Position numbers and translations under genes: made by a program. Under the pieces are notes generated by a model. It was not told where the DNA came from and did no database searches. It saw only the letters and a program-made list of their open reading frames with translations. This document shows positions 32,449 to 41,604 of a stretch of DNA of 64,000 nt, in pieces; positions within the stretch are counted from its first letter, which is position 1, and every line of letters begins with the position of its first letter. The stretch comes from an uncultured Chloroflexia bacterium. GTDB taxonomy: Bacteria > Chloroflexota > Dormibacteria > Aeolococcales > Aeolococcaceae. The stretch lies in the NCBI GenBank assembly GCA_963793875.1, contig CAWCBS010000008.1, forward strand, positions 3,796-67,795, read 5' to 3'.

Positions 32449-32869
32449 TCAGCCGTCGCGCTGGCCATGGAGCGACGGCGTGTGGCAGACGGCGATGAGC
32501 AGGCCCTCCGGGCTCAGCAGCCGTGCGGTGACCTGGCCCCAGGGCTCGGTGCGGGCCGGATGGATGAGCCGCTGGCCGCGGGCGGTGAGCTCGGCGGCCC
32601 GCCACCGCGACGTCGGCGACCTCGAACTCGATGCTGGCCTGGGGGACGGGGAAGTCGGCGGGCCATGCGGCGGTCCCGAAGCAGGCGCTCGCCGCCTCCG
32701 ACAGGGGCCACAGTCCGAAGTGCTTGGTCCCCTCCAGCCTGTCGGTGAAGACGTAATCACCCGCCTCGCCCTCGAAGGAGAGGCCCAGGGCGTCCCGGTA
32801 GATGGGGCGGGCCGCCTCGGCGTCGCGCACGATCGGGGCGACGCTCGCAACGAACTGGACGTCCATCTT
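32449..32869 (-). pseudogene. VOC (glyoxalase/bleomycin resistance) family protein, one frameshift
   Basis: The N-terminal part, MDVQFVASVAPIVRDAEAARPIYRDALGLSFEGE...IEFEVADV, is in the frame of ORF 32279..32884. The C-terminal part, AAELTARGQRLIHPARTEPWGQVTARLLSPEGLLIAV, is in the frame of ORF 32449..32850. The switch is near 32590-32600. Confidence 0.7.
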
Positions 32870-32973
32870 CTCCCGCCTCCTCAAGCCGGCCTCGCCGGAC
32901 CCTCGGCTCGAGTCTACGGGGCCGGCCCGGAGGCGGCTTCCGGCCCCGGCGGGGAGGGCGGGCCAAACCTCAG

Positions 32974-35064
32974 TCAGTCGGCGCGGACGGACGGATCGAG
33001 CGGCTCGGGACCGCCCACCACCTCGACGTCCACGACGTGGGCGATCTCGGCCGACGACCGGCCAACATGAATCTGATACGTCCCCTCGTCGACGTACCAG
33101 CCGGACGCCTCGCGGTGCAGGGGGCTGTCGTGCATATGGGTGGGGGGGTTGGCCCGGCGGCCGGCGAGCTCCGGCCAGTACTCGTCGGCCACGTCGTAGT
33201 AGGCGAAGGCGCGCTCGCCCAGCTCGAGGCTCACGGTCGTCGCCTCGCCCGGCTCCAGGTGCACCTTGGCGAACGCCTTGAGCTCCTTCAGGGGACGGAG
33301 CCGGCGCAGCGGGGTCGCGTAGCCGCCGCCCGGAGGCCCGACGTAGAGCTGGACCACCTCGGAGCCGCGGCGCGACCCGGTGTTGGTCACCTCCACCTCG
33401 ATGCTGAGCCTCGCGCCCGCGCCGAGCCGCCGGGACGAGAGGCGCGGCGCCCCGATCGCGAAGGTGGTGTAGGAGAGCCCGTGGCCGAAGGGGAAGCGCA
33501 CCGCCAGGCGACGCGCCTCGTACCAGCGGTAGCCGATCAGCAGGCCCTCGCCGTAGCGGACCTCGCTGCTCTCCCCGGGGAAGTTGCCGAAGGCCGGCGT
33601 GTGCTCGATCCGGAGCGGCAGGGTGGTGGGCAGTCGACCGCCGGGGTCGGCCTCGCCGAGGAGCACGTCAACCAGCCCGTTGGCGTACTCCTGCCCCGCG
33701 AACCAGGCCTGGAGCACGGCGCCGGCACCGTCCGCCCACGGCATGGCGACCGGCGATCCGGAGTTGACGACCACGACGCTGCGGGGGTTGGCCTCGGCGA
33801 CCCTGGTCACCAGCTCGTCCTGGCCCCCGGGGAGGTCCATGGTCTCGCGGTCGTACCCCTCGCTCTCCCACTTGTCGTCGGTGCCCACCACCAGGATGGC
33901 GGCGTCGGCGCCACGCGCCAGCTCGACGGCCCGATCCACAGCCCCGGGGCCGGTCCCCGCCTCGTGGACGACCTCGACGGCGGCCCCGAGCCGTTCGCGC
34001 AGCGCGGCGAGCGGTGAGAGCCGGTAGAAGGGCTGCACCCGGGCGCTGCCACCCCCGGTGATGGCCGGGCGGTCGGCGTTGGGCCCCAGCACGGCGACCC
34101 GGCGCAGGCCGTCACGGGCGAGGGGCAGGACCCCGCGGTTGGAGAGCAGCACCATCGCCTCCGCGGCGGCCCGCCGGGTGAGGCTGCGGTCCTCGGGGCG
34201 ATCCACCGGCCGCTCCTCTCCGGGCGGCGGGTCGTCGAGGGCGCCGACCCGGTCGAAGACACCCAGGATGCGAGCGACCGCGGCATCGAGCAGCAACTCC
34301 TCGACCCTCCCGCCGCGCACCGCGTCGGCCAGATGGGGACCGGACGATCGGGCCGGTCCCGGCATCTCCAGGTCGAGCCCGGCCCGGGCGGCCTCCACCG
34401 TCTTCGACAATCCGAACCAATCGGTCATCACCAGCCCGCCGAAGCCCCACTCCCCGCGGAGGATCCGGGTGAGGAAGCGCGGCTGGTCGGGGACGTGGCT
34501 TCCGTTGACGCGGTTGTAGCTGGTCATCACGGCGAGCACGCCGGCCACCCGCACCGCATGCTCGAAGGGCAGCAGGTACAGCTCGCGCAGCGCCCGCTCG
34601 TCGATGACCGACGAGCTGGTGTACCGCTCGAACTCGGTCTCGTTGCCGACCAGGTGCTTCACGGTCGCGACCACGCCCTGCTCCTGGACGCCGCGAATGT
34701 AGGCGACGGCCAGCCTCGCGGTGAGCATCGGGTCCTCGGAGAAGGCCTCGAAGTTGCGCCCCCAGAGCGGATGCCGGTGCAGGTTCACGGTCGGCGCCAG
34801 TAGCACGCGGGCCCCCTTGTCACGTGCCTGGCGGGCCACCGCCGCGCTCGCCTGGGCGACCAAGTCCGGGTCCCAGGTCGCGCCCAGGGCGGTCGCCGAC
34901 GGGATGCACACAGAAGGGGTGACGGGGAGGAAGCCCTCGGTGTCGCCGCGTGCCCCGTTGGGCCCGTCGGTGAGCCTGACCGCGCCGATGCCCAGCCGGG
35001 GGATGGCGGCCGTATGCCAGAAGTCGACCCCGGCGGTGAGCGACGCCTTCTCGTCGAGGGTCAT
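32974..35064 (-). CDS. glycoside hydrolase family 3 beta-glucosidase with C-terminal Fn3-like domain
   Basis: Blocks MTLDEKASLTAG, GPNGARG, VMTDW and the C-terminal RELKAFAKVHLEPGE. Confidence 0.9.
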   Translation of the reverse strand: MTLDEKASLTAGVDFWHTAAIPRLGIGAVRLTDGPNGARGDTEGFLPVTPSVCIPSATALGATWDPDLVAQASAAVARQARDKGARVLLAPTVNLHRHPLWGRNFEAFSEDPMLTARLAVAYIRGVQEQGVVATVKHLVGNETEFERYTSSSVIDERALRELYLLPFEHAVRVAGVLAVMTSYNRVNGSHVPDQPRFLTRILRGEWGFGGLVMTDWFGLSKTVEAARAGLDLEMPGPARSSGPHLADAVRGGRVEELLLDAAVARILGVFDRVGALDDPPPGEERPVDRPEDRSLTRRAAAEAMVLLSNRGVLPLARDGLRRVAVLGPNADRPAITGGGSARVQPFYRLSPLAALRERLGAAVEVVHEAGTGPGAVDRAVELARGADAAILVVGTDDKWESEGYDRETMDLPGGQDELVTRVAEANPRSVVVVNSGSPVAMPWADGAGAVLQAWFAGQEYANGLVDVLLGEADPGGRLPTTLPLRIEHTPAFGNFPGESSEVRYGEGLLIGYRWYEARRLAVRFPFGHGLSYTTFAIGAPRLSSRRLGAGARLSIEVEVTNTGSRRGSEVVQLYVGPPGGGYATPLRRLRPLKELKAFAKVHLEPGEATTVSLELGERAFAYYDVADEYWPELAGRRANPPTHMHDSPLHREASGWYVDEGTYQIHVGRSSAEIAHVVDVEVVGGPEPLDPSVRAD

Positions 35065-35141
35065 CCGGGCGACCAGCGCGGGGACGTCACGGGGGACGCC
35101 CCCCGGCGGGTGCGGCTGTGCGTCCTCCGTCGCCGCGGCCC

Positions 35142-37658
35142 CTACTCGGAGGGCGCCGCGGCTGCGGCCTCGGCCTTCTCCTTCCGCTCGCCCTTCTCGC
35201 GGCGACCGGGCTTGGAAACCAGGCGCATCTTGATCTCACCGTCGACGACGTCCACCACCACCGTGTCGCCGGGGCCGTGCTTGAGGCGCAGCAGCTCCTC
35301 GGCCAGCGGGTCCTCGATCACCTTCTGGATCACGCGGCGGAGCGGCCTGGCGCCGTACACCTTGTCGAATCCCTGGGTGACGATCTGGTCCTTGGCCTCG
35401 TCGGCGACGGTGAGCAGCAGCTCCTGGGCGGCCAGGTGGGTGGCGATCCGGGCCAGCATCAGCTCGACGATCTTGCGCATCTGCTCGTGGGTGAGGCGCT
35501 GGAAGACGACCACGGCGTCGACCCGGTTGAGGAACTCGGGCCGGAAGGCTCGCTTGAGCTCCTCCATGATGGTGTCGCGCATCCTGGCGTGGTCGGCGTC
35601 ACCCACCTTCTCGTCCGATATGGCCGGCTGGAACCCGAGCGAGACGTTGCCCTTGAGGTTGGCCACGCCGAGGTTGCTGGTCATGATCACGATGGTGTTG
35701 GCGAAGTTGACGGCCTTGCCCTTGGCGTCGCTTAGCCGCCCGTCCTCAAGGATCTGGAGCAGCATGTTGAAGACCTCGGGGTGGGCCTTCTCGATCTCGT
35801 CGAAGAGCACGACGCTGTAGGGGCGGCGCCGCACCGCCTCGGTGAGCTGGCCACCCTCGTCGTAGCCGACGTAACCGGGGGGAGACCCGACCAGCCGCGC
35901 CGTCGAGTGGCGCTCCATGAACTCGCTCATGTCGAGCCGGATGATCGCGTCCTCGTTGTCGAAGAGGAATGCCGCCAGGGAGCGCGCCAGCTCGGTCTTG
36001 CCCACCCCGGTGGGCCCGAGGAACATGAACGAGCCGATCGGCCGGCGGGCGTCCTTGAGCCCCGCGCGAGCCCGCCGCACCGCCTGGGAGATCACGGTGA
36101 CAGCCTCGTTCTGGCCGATCAGGCGCTGGTGGATCGCGTCCTCCATGTGGAGCAGCTTGGTGGTCTCCTCCTCCACCAGCCGTGAGACGGGGACGCCAGT
36201 CCAGGAGCTGATGATCTCGGCGATGTGCTCCTCGGTGACGTCGGGCACGGTCGCGCCCAGCTTGTCCCGCCAGGCCATCTCCTCGGAGACGTACTTCTCC
36301 TTGAGCTGCTTCTCCTTGTCGCGGAAGTTGGCCGCGGTCTCGAAGTCCTGCCCGGCGATGGCCTCGTCCTTCTGGGTCACCATCTCCCGGATCTCGCGCT
36401 GCATGGCGCGCAGGTCGTCGGGAGTAGTGGTCAGCTTCATCCGAACGCGCGCGCTCGCCTCGTCGATGAGGTCGATCGCCTTATCGGGCAAGGAGCGGTC
36501 CGCCACGTAGCGCACCGAGAGGTCGGCGGCGGCCTTGAGCGCAAGGTCGGTGATCTTGACGCGGTGGTGCTTCTCGTAGAGGGGACGGATCCCGTGCAGG
36601 ATGTCGATGGTCTCCTGCAGGCTCGGCTCGTCGACGTAGACCGGCTGGAAGCGCCGCTCCAGGGCCGCATCCTTCTCGATGTACTTGCGGTACTCGTTGA
36701 GCGTGGTGGCGCCGATGCACTGGATCTCGCCGCGCGCCAGCGCCGGCTTCAGGATGTTGGCGGCGTCGATCGCCCCCTCGGCGGCGCCCGCCCCGACCAG
36801 GGTGTGCAGCTCGTCGATGAAGAGGACCACCTCGCGGGACTGGCGGATCTCGTCGAGAATCTTCTTGAGCCGCTCCTCGAACTCGCCGCGGTACTTGGTG
36901 CCGGCGACCAGCCCGCCCATGTCGAGGGTGAGCACGCGCTTGCCCATCAGCAACTCGGGAATGTTGCCGAGCACGATGGCCTGGGCCAACCCCTCGGCGA
37001 TGGCCGTCTTGCCCACGCCCGGCTCGCCGATGAGGGCGGGGTTGTTCTTGGTCCGGCGGGAGAGGATCTGGACCACCCGCTCGATCTCCATGGCCCGGCC
37101 GATGACGGGGTCGAGCTGGTTCTTCTGGGCCAGCTCGGTCAGGTCGCGGCAGAACTGGTCGAGCAGCGGGGTCTTGCTCGGCTTCTTCGGGGATTCCTTG
37201 GACTCCTCCTCGACACCGAACTCGTGGAGCAGGCGCTCGATCTCACCGCGCACCTTCTCCAGGTTGGCGCCCAGGTCCTCGAGCACGTGGGCGGCGATCC
37301 CCTCACCCTCGATCAGCAGCCCGAGCAGCAGGTGCTCGGTGCCCACGTAGTTGTTGCCCATCCGGCGGGCTTCCTCGAAGGAGATCTCGATGACCTTCTT
37401 GACCCGCGACGTGGGGATGATCTGCTGGATGATGATCCGCTCGTTGCGCCCGAGCACCAACTCGATGGTGCTGCGCACCTTGTTGATCTCGACCCCCAGG
37501 TTGTTGAGGACCTTGGCGGCCAGACCCTCGCCCTCGCGCAGCAGACCGAGCAGAAGGTGCTCGGTTCCGATGTACGAGTGGTGAGAGCGCTCGGCCTCCT
37601 CCTGGGCGAGGGTGAGGACCTTCTTCGCTCTCTCGGTGAACCGCTCAAAGGGGTACAA
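35142..37658 (-). CDS. clpC: ATP-dependent Clp protease ATP-binding subunit ClpC
   Basis: Repeated Clp_N domains (FTERAKKVL...[12 protein letters not shown]), two AAA+ modules ([16 protein letters not shown]) and a UVR-like linker. Confidence 0.97.
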   Translation of the reverse strand: MYPFERFTERAKKVLTLAQEEAERSHHSYIGTEHLLLGLLREGEGLAAKVLNNLGVEINKVRSTIELVLGRNERIIIQQIIPTSRVKKVIEISFEEARRMGNNYVGTEHLLLGLLIEGEGIAAHVLEDLGANLEKVRGEIERLLHEFGVEEESKESPKKPSKTPLLDQFCRDLTELAQKNQLDPVIGRAMEIERVVQILSRRTKNNPALIGEPGVGKTAIAEGLAQAIVLGNIPELLMGKRVLTLDMGGLVAGTKYRGEFEERLKKILDEIRQSREVVLFIDELHTLVGAGAAEGAIDAANILKPALARGEIQCIGATTLNEYRKYIEKDAALERRFQPVYVDEPSLQETIDILHGIRPLYEKHHRVKITDLALKAAADLSVRYVADRSLPDKAIDLIDEASARVRMKLTTTPDDLRAMQREIREMVTQKDEAIAGQDFETAANFRDKEKQLKEKYVSEEMAWRDKLGATVPDVTEEHIAEIISSWTGVPVSRLVEEETTKLLHMEDAIHQRLIGQNEAVTVISQAVRRARAGLKDARRPIGSFMFLGPTGVGKTELARSLAAFLFDNEDAIIRLDMSEFMERHSTARLVGSPPGYVGYDEGGQLTEAVRRRPYSVVLFDEIEKAHPEVFNMLLQILEDGRLSDAKGKAVNFANTIVIMTSNLGVANLKGNVSLGFQPAISDEKVGDADHARMRDTIMEELKRAFRPEFLNRVDAVVVFQRLTHEQMRKIVELMLARIATHLAAQELLLTVADEAKDQIVTQGFDKVYGARPLRRVIQKVIEDPLAEELLRLKHGPGDTVVVDVVDGEIKMRLVSKPGRREKGERKEKAEAAAAAPSE

Positions 37659-37872
37659 GATTGCCTCCGCGCCCCGCCCGGCCCCCCCGAGAGGAGGAAG
37701 GGGTCAGCTCGGGACCTGCTCCAACGTCACCCATTATGCCCATCGCAGGCGTCGCCCACTCTCCCCCCGCCTTATTTAGGGGAGATAGGTGTCGGCTCCC
37801 GGACCGGGGCACACCGCAGGCGAGGGGGAGGCGTGGTCCGCCCGAGCCGGTCCGGTCCGGCCCAGCCCCCGG

Positions 37873-39399
37873 CTACTCCTCGACGGCTGCCTCGCCGCCG
37901 GGGTCGGCGCCCGGGGCGGCGGTCTCCGGCGCGGCCGCGCCGGCGGCTCCGACCTCGGCCGGTTCCGGCTCTCCGGCGGCCTCGACCGGCTCCGCCTCGG
38001 CGGCGAGCTCGGGCTGGGAAGCCACCTCCGGCACCGGCTCGGCCTCGACCTCGGGCAGGGCTAGCGCCTCAAGCACCGCCTGGGCCTCGACCTCGGGCTC
38101 CCCGGAGACCTCCTCCGGCACGGCCTCGGCCTCCCCGGTGGACTCGTCCAGCATCCCCTCGCCCAGGACCTCGGGCAGCGCCGACTCCGCCAGGCTCTGG
38201 TTCAGCTCGGCGCCCGCCTCGGCCGTGAGCGCGGCTCCGTCGGTCGGGCCATCGCCGTCCTCGCCGAGATCGTAGCTGGGCGGCACGTACTCGGCCGGTC
38301 CCTCCGGCCCGCCGCCGTGCAGCTGGCGTAGGGAGAGGCTGATCCGGCGCCGGGCGCGGTCGGCGCTCAGCACCATGACCTTCACCTGCTCGCCGACCTT
38401 GAGAATGTCCTCGGTGCGCTCGACGTGGTCCCAGGAGAGCTCGCTGATGTGGAGCAGCCCCTCGACCCCGTCCGCGATCTGGAGGAAGGCACCGTACTTC
38501 TTGGTCTTGGTGACCTCGCCGTCCACCACCTTGCCGGGCGGGAAGCGGTCCTCGATGGTGTCCCAGGGGTCGTCGCTCAGCTGGCGCAGCGAGAGGCTGA
38601 TGCGCGAGAGCTCGGGGTCGAGCTTGATCACCTTGACCCTCACCTCGTCGCCCACGGTCAGCATGTCCGACACATTGTTGATGCGGTCCCAAGAGAGCTC
38701 GCTGATGTGGATCAGACCGTCGGCGCCACCGAGGTTGACGAAGGCGCCGTAGCTGGTCAGACCGCTCACCTTGCCCGTGATCAGGTCGCCGACCTTGAGC
38801 TTCTCGAAGAGCTCCTCACGCTGGCGGGCGCGGTCCTCGTCCTGGGCGGCGCGCTGGGAGACGATCAGGCGGTTCCGCTTGCGGTTGACCTCGAGGATCT
38901 TGACCGGGATCTTCGTCCCCACCAGCTCCATGAGGTTGCCGGAGAACTGCCGGGCGACCTGGCTGGAGGGGAGGAAACCGCGCAGGCCCATGATGTTGAC
39001 GATCAGCCCGCCCTTGTTCTGCTCGCGCACCTCGGCGTCGAGGATCTCGCCCTCCAACTCCTTCTCGGCGACAGCCTGCCAGATCAACTCGGCGCGCGCC
39101 TTGCGCAGCGAGAGGATCACCCGGCCCTCGTCGTCCTCGGGCTGGAGCACGTAGACCTTGACCCGCTCACCGGGAGCCAGGGTCACCGCAGCCTCGTTGC
39201 GCCCGGAGAGCTCCCGGTTGGAGATCACACCCTCGGACTTGGCCCCGATGTCGACGAGCACCTCATCGGGGTCGACCCGCACCACCACGCCCTCGACGAT
39301 GTCGCCGTAGGCAAGGGATTTGACGTTGCCCTCCTCCTCGCGGAGAAGGTCCTCCATGGTGAGCGGCTCGCGCTCAGGGGTCTCGACGCTGGGGGCCAA
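37873..39399 (-). CDS. rpsA: 30S ribosomal protein S1 with a long acidic C-terminal extension
   Basis: Four S1 OB-fold repeats (GDIVEGVVVRV, ILDAEV, GDLITGKVSGLT, GKVVDGEVTKT). I chose the TTG at 39399 because it follows GAAGGAGAcag. The ATG at 39357 is an alternative. The ORF is open to 39528. Confidence 0.9.
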   Translation of the reverse strand: MAPSVETPEREPLTMEDLLREEEGNVKSLAYGDIVEGVVVRVDPDEVLVDIGAKSEGVISNRELSGRNEAAVTLAPGERVKVYVLQPEDDEGRVILSLRKARAELIWQAVAEKELEGEILDAEVREQNKGGLIVNIMGLRGFLPSSQVARQFSGNLMELVGTKIPVKILEVNRKRNRLIVSQRAAQDEDRARQREELFEKLKVGDLITGKVSGLTSYGAFVNLGGADGLIHISELSWDRINNVSDMLTVGDEVRVKVIKLDPELSRISLSLRQLSDDPWDTIEDRFPPGKVVDGEVTKTKKYGAFLQIADGVEGLLHISELSWDHVERTEDILKVGEQVKVMVLSADRARRRISLSLRQLHGGGPEGPAEYVPPSYDLGEDGDGPTDGAALTAEAGAELNQSLAESALPEVLGEGMLDESTGEAEAVPEEVSGEPEVEAQAVLEALALPEVEAEPVPEVASQPELAAEAEPVEAAGEPEPAEVGAAGAAAPETAAPGADPGGEAAVEE

Positions 39400-39875
39400 C
39401 TGTCTCCTTCTGTCCTCTGGCCTGCCGCTCCGGGGAGAGCGTCCTGCCGAGGGATGTGGGCGCGGTGCCCGGAACGGTGCCGCTTGGGGGCGATGAACAG
39501 GCGCGTTTGCGTCGTTGCCGTGCGGCACGGGCAGTCTACCAGGGTAGCGCCATTCGGCCTGAACACGGAGTCCCCCGTCCGCTCAGAGCGCGGGCCCTCA
39601 GGGGCGAACGCGGGGAGGCCGCCGTCCGACGTCAACCCATCGACTCGGGGGACCGGATCGCTCGCCGTTTTCGCGCCCGCTGGGGCGGGCTGCGCGATCG
39701 CCCCGAACGCCGGCAAGCACGGGATTCCCCGGCTTTCGGACGGCGAAAACAGCGTCCTGCCCCGGCGCCGCAAACAGCGGAGTGGTGCTGTCAGGGTTTC
39801 GTTGCAGCCCGTGACCGGGGCAATACAGGACCCTCGGAGGTCGCGTCGCAGCGTCGTGGGAACCTCGGTGGCGTC

Positions 39876-40085
39876 ATGAGGGTCACGATCACCTGCGAAG
39901 AGTGTGGGCACAAGCACCGCCTCGAGCGGCGCATCAGCGAGCCCGGGCCGATCTGGATCATCTGCCACAACTGCGAGCTGCCCCTGCAGGCAGTCCTGGA
40001 GGGCCCGACCGCCCGGCAGGTGCAGACCGCCTTCGCGGTGTGGAAGGACATCTTCAACCTCTCCGACGTGGGGACCGCCAGCTAG
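39876..40085 (+). CDS. small zinc-ribbon protein (CxxC...CxxC)
   Basis: 69 aa, MRVTITCEECGHKHRLERRISEPGPIWIICHNCELPLQ..., upstream of clpS on the same strand. No family is recognised. Confidence 0.45.
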   Translation: MRVTITCEECGHKHRLERRISEPGPIWIICHNCELPLQAVLEGPTARQVQTAFAVWKDIFNLSDVGTAS

Positions 40086-40169
40086 GCTTCGGCCCCGGCC
40101 TCCCCTTTCCGGTCCGGCATCCCTCTCGACGTCCGCGTTCGCCTCCGGGTGGACTAACCTTGGAAGTCG

Positions 40170-40481
40170 ATGCCACCGGCGACCGCCAAGCCTCCCGCCC
40201 ACGTCGCGACGCCGATCGAAACCCCGGCGGGCGGTGAACGGAGCCTCCGCGACCCAGGCTGGAACGTGGTCGTCTGGAACGACCCGATCACCCTGATGTC
40301 GTACGTCGTGCTGGTGTTCCGGCGTCTGTTCGGATACGACTTCGAGACCGCCACCCGATTGATGCTCCAGGTCCACCACGAGGGCAAGGCGGTGGTCGCC
40401 ACGCAGCCACGGGAGCAGGCCGAGGTCTCGGTATGCCGGCTGCACGGCTTCGGCCTGCAGGCGACCCTGGGTCGCGGGTAA
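40170..40481 (+). CDS. clpS: ATP-dependent Clp protease adaptor ClpS
   Basis: The core WNVVVWNDPITLMSYVVLVFRRLFGYDFETATRLMLQVHHEGKAVV is typical of ClpS. Confidence 0.9.
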   Translation: MPPATAKPPAHVATPIETPAGGERSLRDPGWNVVVWNDPITLMSYVVLVFRRLFGYDFETATRLMLQVHHEGKAVVATQPREQAEVSVCRLHGFGLQATLGRG

Positions 40482-40486
40482 CCCCG

Positions 40487-40936
40487 ATGGCCGAGGTCCG
40501 CAAACGGCGCGGACGCATCCAGCTCCGTCTGAACGCCGAGGAGAGGGCGGCGCTCGGCATGATCGTGGAGCAGCTCTCGCCCCAGGTGGGCCAGGTCCGC
40601 CGGACCGTCCCGGTGGCCTATGAGGACGCCGAGCTCCAGGCCGAGTACGACCGCTGGGTGCGCCCCGAGATCGACCGGGGGCGGGGCGAGGACCTCGACG
40701 CCATCCGCGCCTGCCTCGGCTCGGGAGAGGACGTGACCTCGCTGAGCGACGACCAGGCGCTGGCCTGGGTCCGCGGCCTCAACCTCCTCCGGCTCACCGC
40801 GGGCGGCCTGCTCGGGGTCGAGGAGGATGGCTGGGAGCAGCGGGTCGAGGAGAGCGTGCGCGGCTCCACGGAGTTCCGGGTGCTGCTCGCCCTGGGGCTG
40901 CTCCAGGAGGAGCTGGTCGCCGTCCTCGAGGGCTGA
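40487..40936 (+). CDS. DUF2017 domain-containing protein
   Basis: 149 aa directly after clpS, which is the usual actinobacterial pairing. Blocks RLNAEERAALGMIVEQL and LLALGLLQEELV. Confidence 0.75.
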   Translation: MAEVRKRRGRIQLRLNAEERAALGMIVEQLSPQVGQVRRTVPVAYEDAELQAEYDRWVRPEIDRGRGEDLDAIRACLGSGEDVTSLSDDQALAWVRGLNLLRLTAGGLLGVEEDGWEQRVEESVRGSTEFRVLLALGLLQEELVAVLEG

Positions 40937-41269
40937 GGCCTCGCACGGTCGCGGGCGGCGAGGGGCAGGTGCTTCGCCCCGGTCCGGCCGTGGTGGCCGG
41001 CAGTGATAGGGCTGGGCAGCCGGTTGTAACGATCGCCTCGGCGATCACGGGTAGGCTCGCCCGCCGTGGGGTGGTTCCTGCATGCCCCGTCTTGCTGGCA
41101 GCGATCGCCACTACGGCCACCTCGGCGGATCAGCCGGCACGGAGGCTGGGGGGACCGGCAGGGGCCCAGGGACAATCCCCAGCCCGCGTGCGAGAAAGGC
41201 ACGCCGGTGACGCTCCGGCGCGGCCAGCAACCTGACCGGCTCAGGTCGCCGGTCACGCCGGTGCGCCGC

Positions 41270-41323
41270 GGGAACCGGCAATGCCAGGGGGGGGGGGGGC
41301 GGGGCGGGGAACCGGCAATGCCA
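41270..41323. repeat. perfect 17-bp direct repeat flanking a G13 homopolymer
   Basis: GGGAACCGGCAATGCCA occurs at 41270-41286 and 41307-41323. Between the copies lies G13 (41287-41299), then C GGGG C. Confidence 0.9.
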
Positions 41324-41325
41324 AA

Positions 41326-41467
41326 CGGAGATGCAGGGCTGCGTGCGGAGCCGAGGCCTGGCGCAGGCGGCAGTAGATGGCCGCCCTCCAAGCGTGGCGT
41401 CCGCGCTTGAGCCACCGCCGAGCGGAGACGCGGGGGTGCGTGCGGAGCGAAGGCTTTGCGCAGGCGC
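41326..41467. repeat. imperfect 45-nt direct repeat, two copies 97 bp apart
   Basis: The copies at 41326-41370 and 41423-41467 align at 37/45 positions by hand (CGGAGAyGCrGGGsTGCGTGCGGAGC..GGC.T.GCGCAGGCG). A partial inverted copy (GCTCCGCACGC) lies at 41551-41561. Confidence 0.8.
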
Positions 41468-41495
41468 CCGCTGCAATGCCGCCGAGCAGAGTGCG

Positions 41496-41518
41496 CGGCA
41501 CGCCAGTCAGGCGTGCCG
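41496..41518. other. perfect 9-bp stem hairpin (CGGCACGCC agtca GGCGTGCCG)
   Basis: Read directly from the sequence. It lies about 90 nt downstream of the nadC stop and has no T-run. A second hairpin, GCGGAGC(N11)GCTCCGC, lies at 41533-41557. Confidence 0.6.
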
Positions 41519-41604
41519 ACGACCGGGCCGGAGCGGAGCACCACCCCACGGCTCCGCACGCGCCCGGACCCCACGTCCACCCTCGCCGAGCTGCCCCTAT
41601 GCCG

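Noticed and set aside
39400-39875. A known housekeeping ncRNA (SRP/4.5S, RNase P, tmRNA, 6S) in the long rpsA upstream spacer.
   Set aside because: I could not find the diagnostic conserved strings, such as the SRP domain IV GGAA/AGCAG loops, the RNase P GGTAAACCCCACC-type block or the tmRNA tag ORF. It remains an unassigned possible leader.
41270-41561. A CRISPR array as the explanation for the direct repeats in the DUF2017-nadC spacer.
   Set aside because: There are only two copies of each repeat, they are imperfect (37/45), the spacing is irregular, and no cas genes lie nearby.
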